A DNA stretch of 64,000 bases, from the IMG/VR virus record IMGVR_UViG_3300027804_000063, positions 10,186-74,185 of that record; one strand, written 5' to 3'. The notes beneath the pieces were generated by a model, which saw only the letters and a list, made by a program, of their open reading frames with translations, ran no database searches and had not been told where the DNA came from. Position 1 is the stretch's first letter. Each line of letters opens with the position of its first letter. The translations under genes were made by a program, and so were the position numbers. This DNA is from a virus. Its lineage: Duplodnaviria > Caudoviricetes. Shown piece after piece: positions 58,515 through 64,000 of this stretch.

Positions 58515-58777
58515 TACTTTTTATCTTTAGTGTTAGATGTTTCAATTTCTGTGGCATACGGAATGGACATTGAGTACTTATCGTATAGGTCGTCTAATTT
58601 GTCGGAGTTATTGGGATCCATTAGAAAAGCAATCATTGATTCAAGATCGCCATCTTGCCCATTTTCGTTTGCAAAACCATAAGCGGTAGAAATGATGCGT
58701 GAACGAGTTTCGGCGTTTTTAACTTTTGTTAGAAGTTCCGACTTGATAGAATTTTTTTGTTCTGCTGTAAGTTTCAT
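58514..58777 (-). CDS. Small acidic protein (immunity-like position)
   Basis: Coupled immediately downstream of the GNAT-ending giant ORF. Confidence 0.65.
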   Translation of the reverse strand: MKLTAEQKNSIKSELLTKVKNAETRSRIISTAYGFANENGQDGDLESMIAFLMDPNNSDKLDDLYDKYSMSIPYATEIETSNTKDKK

Positions 58778-61700
58778 TACGCCCTCGGTTGCTGTACCCG
58801 TATACGCGGGCGACGAGTTTTTGGTTTAGCGAATCGTGCGCCAACTTTTTGTGCCGCAAAACTTAGTTCACCACCCGGGAATGGCAGACCAGATCTTCCA
58901 TCCTTGAACCATTGTTTCACATATTCTGCCCGTGTCTTGTCACCAGTTGGGTCGTCCAAAGCAAAAATAATATCTTGGTGATGGAATGTTTTCCCACCAC
59001 GAGCCTGTGTAAGTATGGATTTAATTCTCTGATATTCGGCGTCGTTACCGATAAGTCCGCCAGCACCAAAGTTCTCGTAGAACCTTAGAGGAGCCTCAAG
59101 TTTTTCTAATTCCATTCTATCCAACGGTCTGCTTCTCTTGAACCCAACACGCGCCCAAACATATTGCCCGTCATCAGCGGCATTTACTTTTGCTTTTGAT
59201 ACACCGATTTTCTTCAGGTACAAAAAGGCGTGCTGATTATAAATTGTCTGAATATCAGCACCACGATCTATTTTGCTCGTAACAAACATGGAGTTTTGTG
59301 ATACTTGGCTCGCCGAAACATCACGACTTGATGATGCAATACCTCTACGAATAATCACCCCATCTTTGTTTATCTCGTGAAATACTACAGAAACATGATG
59401 ATTATTCATGCTTCCACGAACCGTTGCTTCAGCGCGGTAAAGTTTTCCGTTTGCCCCTTCAATCCTGTCGTGACTATACGCCTGCTTTAAATAATCTTGT
59501 CTTTGCGCGGCGGTTAATGTTCTCCACTTTTCAGGGGTCATATCTTCATACGGTGCACCACCTTGAGGATGGCGTTTCTTCAAATATTTTTCAAGTTTAG
59601 TTTGCCGACGATCAATCGCAGCCTCTATCTGTTTATTGATTTGCTTAAGAACATCATCTGGTGTCGGCTTCGGCATATCGGTCGCATCTGGATTAAATAC
59701 AAATCCTTGTTTTTGACGCTCTACTGCTTTACGGATTTCTTGCTCAAGCGAATCATTCAATTGAAGATGTCCTTCAATTTTTCCTATCTCCGAAAGATTT
59801 TTACCTAATTTATCCATTGACTGTGCTCGGGCTGCGTCTCTGTCGCGTGGTGTATTACCTGCTGGAAGTTGGATTGCCCGAAGGAGTGTCTTGTTTGATT
59901 CTTTTAATGCCTTCAGTCGGTCTTCTGCTTGCGACTTGCTTCCGTATGGGGCAAGATGAGCCATATATGCGGCTTTTGCTGCGTTGACTTCGTTAGCCAA
60001 GTTGAAACCGTCAGGGTTTGCTTTGTATTTAGCAATAGCACGATCTAGTTCGTTTTGGTATCGGCGCAAAGCCAACTGTCGTCCTTCATTATGGTTAAAT
60101 ATTGCCTGATCGCCTAATAAGCCAAATTCAACAAGCCGTTCTGGGTCTTGGATACTGAGCAGTACTCGCTCAATAACTTGTTCGTCTTCAGCACTAAATT
60201 TTGCAATTTCCATTTTTGGTGGAACATGCTTTAATTCTTCAGGAACATTTCTGATGTCACGGCGGGTTGGCGCTTCAAATGGTGCATCAATTGAATCTGG
60301 TTTTGGCGTTGGGGTTTTGGGCTTTGGTGTTTTCGGTTTTGGGGTTTTAGGTGAATCGGATCGTGCATCCCTGATTGCCTGCTCCATGAATTCGTTTTCA
60401 AGAACTCGCCTTCTGCGTTCCTGCGCGTTAACAACGATTCTGTTGAGTGCGTCTGCGCGTCTTTGACCGTTTGCCGCACCATCCTGAATTAGTTCAACAT
60501 CGCCGTCTATCCGTGATTGCGCCTTGCGAATTTCTTCTAGGTTTGAGGCAATACGCTCACGCAAATCATCTGGACCGCCCAACTCCTCATCAACGATTCT
60601 ACGCCTAAAGAAACGTCGCACTTCATCAACAGCCTCTTCTTCTGCGTCCCACTGTTCACGCATCACGCGTCGTTCTTCTTCGGTTAAGTCTTTACCAATT
60701 GCTGGTATCCATCCGCGAACAAAATTGTCAAACGCATTATTGTCAAGAAGCGGAACACCCAAAGGAGCGCGGGCAGGAGTAGGTGGAGACGCATTATTTG
60801 GATTTATTAAGGGCATTGATTCCAACTGATCGGCGACTTCTTGCCATCCGTCGCGGTGATCAGCCATAAGTGTTTTCATGCGGGCTACGGTGATGCGCTC
60901 ACCGCCAATTTCCATATAGTCGTTATCGCCAAGTTCTCCGCGGTTTATAGCCTGTTGTAGTTTTTCAATGCGTTCGTTCGCTGCCCTAATTCGTTGTTTT
61001 GCAGACCAAAACTTTTCGCGCATTTGCTGTCTATCATTAGGGAAGTTTTCTGAATCATTAATAACTACAAGTCGTTGTTCTTTGAGTACTCTGTCGCGTA
61101 GATATTCAACGTATTCTTGCGAATTTTCGTTATTAAGTATTTTGTCAACATCAACTTCTTTGCCTGCGCCTCTAGCCCTATCTGCTCGTGCTTGACGCAA
61201 TTGCTCTGAACGAGCAGCGTTATCGCTACCTGCTGGCTTGCGACGCTTCGGTCTCTTGATGAGATTTGCGTCGTCCGCTGGCTGTGGACGGCGAGGCGTA
61301 ACTACTCTTGGTTCTGGCGCTGGTTGGACTGCTTCTTCTTGTCGGCGACGCGGAGCGCGAGGTGCGCGTGTTGCGTCAGCGACCGCACGACGGCGACGAC
61401 GGGCAGGTGCCTCTCCTGTTCTTGGTGCACCCGGTTGTTCAATTTCTCGTTCCATTCTCCGTTGTTCTGACTCACGAAGATTGCCACCGCCTCTACGTCT
61501 TGCTGGCTGTTGTCTACGGGCAGGGCGAACAGGGGCATTGCGTCGTCTTAGTTCCGCCATTACTCGTTTGTAGTCGTCACTTTGCCTACCGCCAGTAGCG
61601 TTCTCTAACTCATCACGCATTTCTTCTAGAACTTCAATAGGTTCTGCGGCGAGAAGATTTGCTTCGTCTCGTTGAGGGCGTGCAGGCGCTTGTCTTCTGC

Positions 61701-62199
61701 GTTGCGGTCTTGGTGCGGGAGGAAGTTCTGGTGTGTCTATTGACGGTGTTCGTGCAACAACAGTTCTTCTACGACCAACAGCAGGCGTTGGTGTTTCTCC
61801 CCCATCAAGTCTGTCAGCGACACCACGAAGCCCGCGCTCAAGACGACCAGCGCCTCTATCTTGAGGGTTTAAACGGGCAAGTATCCGTCGTTCACGACGA
61901 GCAATACGCCGACCACGACGAGCATCATCAACATTTTCAAGCCGTTCACCAATATCTGAAATTTGATTAGCAATACGACGAGCCACACCCCATCCACAAG
62001 ACCTACCGAAACGGTCGGTTATTTGTCCTCCGTATCGCGTCCCTACAGGACAGCGCCAACCTCCACGACGGTTTGTGCCGGGAATGGAAAGGCTTGGATC
62101 CCAAATAGCGCGAACACCTTTAACTTCATAAGCGATAGTAGACGTGTTTCGTTCAGTAAGAAACGATTTCGCTTTAAAGTCAACAATGTTCTGAAGCAT
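58777..62199 (-). CDS. 1140-aa protein with C-terminal GNAT-like domain
   Basis: N-terminal RCPVGT...GG..TD..G.SCG; R/P-rich linker; DRGADIQ...IGV...NA.DDGQYVWARVGF. Confidence 0.7.
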   Translation of the reverse strand: MLQNIVDFKAKSFLTERNTSTIAYEVKGVRAIWDPSLSIPGTNRRGGWRCPVGTRYGGQITDRFGRSCGWGVARRIANQISDIGERLENVDDARRGRRIARRERRILARLNPQDRGAGRLERGLRGVADRLDGGETPTPAVGRRRTVVARTPSIDTPELPPAPRPQRRRQAPARPQRDEANLLAAEPIEVLEEMRDELENATGGRQSDDYKRVMAELRRRNAPVRPARRQQPARRRGGGNLRESEQRRMEREIEQPGAPRTGEAPARRRRRAVADATRAPRAPRRRQEEAVQPAPEPRVVTPRRPQPADDANLIKRPKRRKPAGSDNAARSEQLRQARADRARGAGKEVDVDKILNNENSQEYVEYLRDRVLKEQRLVVINDSENFPNDRQQMREKFWSAKQRIRAANERIEKLQQAINRGELGDNDYMEIGGERITVARMKTLMADHRDGWQEVADQLESMPLINPNNASPPTPARAPLGVPLLDNNAFDNFVRGWIPAIGKDLTEEERRVMREQWDAEEEAVDEVRRFFRRRIVDEELGGPDDLRERIASNLEEIRKAQSRIDGDVELIQDGAANGQRRADALNRIVVNAQERRRRVLENEFMEQAIRDARSDSPKTPKPKTPKPKTPTPKPDSIDAPFEAPTRRDIRNVPEELKHVPPKMEIAKFSAEDEQVIERVLLSIQDPERLVEFGLLGDQAIFNHNEGRQLALRRYQNELDRAIAKYKANPDGFNLANEVNAAKAAYMAHLAPYGSKSQAEDRLKALKESNKTLLRAIQLPAGNTPRDRDAARAQSMDKLGKNLSEIGKIEGHLQLNDSLEQEIRKAVERQKQGFVFNPDATDMPKPTPDDVLKQINKQIEAAIDRRQTKLEKYLKKRHPQGGAPYEDMTPEKWRTLTAAQRQDYLKQAYSHDRIEGANGKLYRAEATVRGSMNNHHVSVVFHEINKDGVIIRRGIASSSRDVSASQVSQNSMFVTSKIDRGADIQTIYNQHAFLYLKKIGVSKAKVNAADDGQYVWARVGFKRSRPLDRMELEKLEAPLRFYENFGAGGLIGNDAEYQRIKSILTQARGGKTFHHQDIIFALDDPTGDKTRAEYVKQWFKDGRSGLPFPGGELSFAAQKVGARFAKPKTRRPRIRVQQPRA

Positions 62200-62468
62200 T
62201 ATTCTCCGTATTTTGCTTTTATCATGTCTACATTTTCTTGCGAGTAAGGAAGCGGTTCATACTCAAAATTTTGTGCGGAAGAACCCCAATATTCAACAGG
62301 ATCATCCATTGTTCCTTTTTTAACAAATTCGCTGTACATGCTTTTAGGGTCATTGATTAGTTCCCTAATTGAGTTGGCAACGTCATTAGAGCCGATCACT
62401 TCAACATTTTCCCCGTCACAGGAAATAGCGAAATTAAAGTTTGGTATGACACCTATAAGTTTTTTCAT
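62199..62468 (-). CDS. Small acidic protein (immunity-like position)
   Basis: Immediately downstream of the kinase-like ORF and coupled to the next gene. Confidence 0.65.
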   Translation of the reverse strand: MKKLIGVIPNFNFAISCDGENVEVIGSNDVANSIRELINDPKSMYSEFVKKGTMDDPVEYWGSSAQNFEYEPLPYSQENVDMIKAKYGE

Positions 62469-62479
62469 ATTTGCATCTC

Positions 62480-64000
62480 CTAAGCCTCTATCTTTCGCAT
62501 TAAACCGTCAAGGAATGCTGGCGAAGCAAATTCATCAATGTTGTGCACAAGGTCTGCCCTTCTACGGTTTTTAACGGAGTCTTCAAGCACCGTAAACGCT
62601 CCGTTTATCTCATCAACGCGCTCTAGTGCTTTCCTCATGTTTTCTGCCGCTGTAGCAATATCCGCTTGTAACTCAGCACGGATAGCGGCAATTTCTCGTG
62701 TTTTTGCTGCTCCGCTCTTACCATCAAGACGTTTTGAATATCCTGCCCAAGAACGACGATCCATTCCTAGGCTATTCAAATAGTCTAATTGTTGTTGAGC
62801 GGTTCTCCGACCAAATAGGGCGCGACCAAAATCTAATGGGATTGCTCCATTGCCTTTGATTTGATCACCGTTACCGTTGTGTCTATCGGCAACATTTATT
62901 ACCGCGTTGAGTATCCCGTTAAATAGACGAGAACGAGCATCTGTGACATTGCCCGGACTGTATGCACCAGCAACCTTGCCATCTGCGTTATTGACGAAAA
63001 TATCCATTAACAAAAACTTACTTTGACCAGTTCCCTTAACAATTCGTGGAGAACCGTTAGCAAACCCAATCGCCTTGGCAAAAACGTTTCCGACTAGTTC
63101 TGCGTGCTGAGATATTGGTTTACCAGCACCGTGGTGTCTCTCCCACTGTGAATCTGGTTTCTTGAGGAAATATCCGCGCCCCCATTTAGTCGGGTCATCT
63201 GAAAGTTTGAAATAGTATTGAGGTGCAGTAATTCCATTACCCACACCGACCTGAATGAAATCTATCTTTCTATCTTGCAACGCCTTGATTAAGTCTTTTG
63301 TTTCCTGATCAACTACTTGTGGCGGGTCACCATTCAGTGATCTGCGCATATTTTGACTTAGACGGCGCATAATGGTTCCAATTTCGGCGTCATCAGCAGA
63401 CGGGAACACCGATTTGACAGCCTCAACAACATTCGGGCTTATCGGACCACTAGCCTTGTGTGTTCGTTTTTGTACAACATCCATCAAAAACTCATCTGGA
63501 ATATCTGATAGTGGACCGTTGTACCTTCGCGCATCGGCAAGAGTATTGATTCCTTTGTTCCCAACAGGAACGGCAACAAATTTGTCGTCGTCTGGTTGTA
63601 GTTTTGGCATTGATGTTGAATGGTTGTCAACAAGATTGTTCATCTTCAATTGTTGAGCATTTTGTTGTGCCCTGCGCCCTCGCGGTCGTCGTAGCGGTCT
63701 TGATATGGGGGCAGGGGGTTGATTTTGTGGAGGTTGTGCTTGCATGGCACGACCTTCGGCAAGGTTTTTTGCCGTCTCAAGAAGGCGATCAGCATATCCT
63801 CGTATGTCGTCTTCATTGCGGTTCGCTGGCACGAGCATCACATTTTTGTAGTTATCTGGTGCCGTAATATGAAGTTCTTTTAATCTGCCGTTTGCATCAA
63901 AAATCTGTTCAACTTTATATCCGTCTCGTTCCCACTGACCATTTTGGTTTTGTGTCCATTTTGATCCAAGATCAATTTGCCGTGGATTTTCTCCTGCATT
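62480..64000 (-). CDS. Protein with C-terminal HipA/PI3-PI4-kinase-like domain (5'-truncated by window edge)
   Basis: YFLKK, HAELVG...AKAIG, VADRHNGN, PLDFG; frame is open to position 64000. Confidence 0.75.
   Translation of the reverse strand, partial: NAGENPRQIDLGSKWTQNQNGQWERDGYKVEQIFDANGRLKELHITAPDNYKNVMLVPANRNEDDIRGYADRLLETAKNLAEGRAMQAQPPQNQPPAPISRPLRRPRGRRAQQNAQQLKMNNLVDNHSTSMPKLQPDDDKFVAVPVGNKGINTLADARRYNGPLSDIPDEFLMDVVQKRTHKASGPISPNVVEAVKSVFPSADDAEIGTIMRRLSQNMRRSLNGDPPQVVDQETKDLIKALQDRKIDFIQVGVGNGITAPQYYFKLSDDPTKWGRGYFLKKPDSQWERHHGAGKPISQHAELVGNVFAKAIGFANGSPRIVKGTGQSKFLLMDIFVNNADGKVAGAYSPGNVTDARSRLFNGILNAVINVADRHNGNGDQIKGNGAIPLDFGRALFGRRTAQQQLDYLNSLGMDRRSWAGYSKRLDGKSGAAKTREIAAIRAELQADIATAAENMRKALERVDEINGAFTVLEDSVKNRRRADLVHNIDEFASPAFLDGLMRKIEA

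Noticed and set aside
58777-64000. Diversity-generating retroelement or intein in the giant ORFs or nrdJ
   Set aside because: No reverse transcriptase, TR/VR pair, or intein C1/HN-C motifs seen

Overview
The window is a segment of a large tailed dsDNA phage genome, probably infecting Actinomycetota. Support for the host is inferential: two WhiB regulators, an actinobacterial-type SSB and several apparently leaderless genes. No integrase, CRISPR array, reverse transcriptase or rRNA was seen. Layout: (i) 1-2 kb, WhiB plus a replisome-organizer/G39P-like pair; (ii) 2-21 kb, a plastic region of small, mostly minus-strand genes with many own promoters; (iii) 21-54 kb, DNA metabolism and modification genes (SNF2/HARP helicase, SSB, primase-helicase, RuvC, HNH, two DNA methyltransferases, NrdJ, 2OG-Fe(II) oxygenases, GT60-like glycosyltransferase, SDRs, PTP-like phosphatase, HDAC); (iv) 54-64 kb, the HK97-type major capsid gene preceded by very large proteins ending in GNAT-like and HipA/PI3K-like kinase domains. 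The most striking unexplained signals are non-coding. These are: 10 co-oriented copies of a ~22-24 bp repeat; 9 copies of an AGYCCCG-N17/18-CGGGRCT site; a composite element joining the two, sometimes with DnaA-box pairs and GATC clusters; 14 promoters of form ACACC-N7-(T/C)ANNNT, four with the -10 flanked by sequence-variable inverted repeats; two very sharp A/C to G/T strand-skew switch points; and a D-arm-less tRNA-like gene with a UAU anticodon. On the protein side there is an apparent matched set of PTM writers (kinase, GNAT) and erasers (PTP, HDAC). All family assignments come from motif recognition by eye, not database searches.
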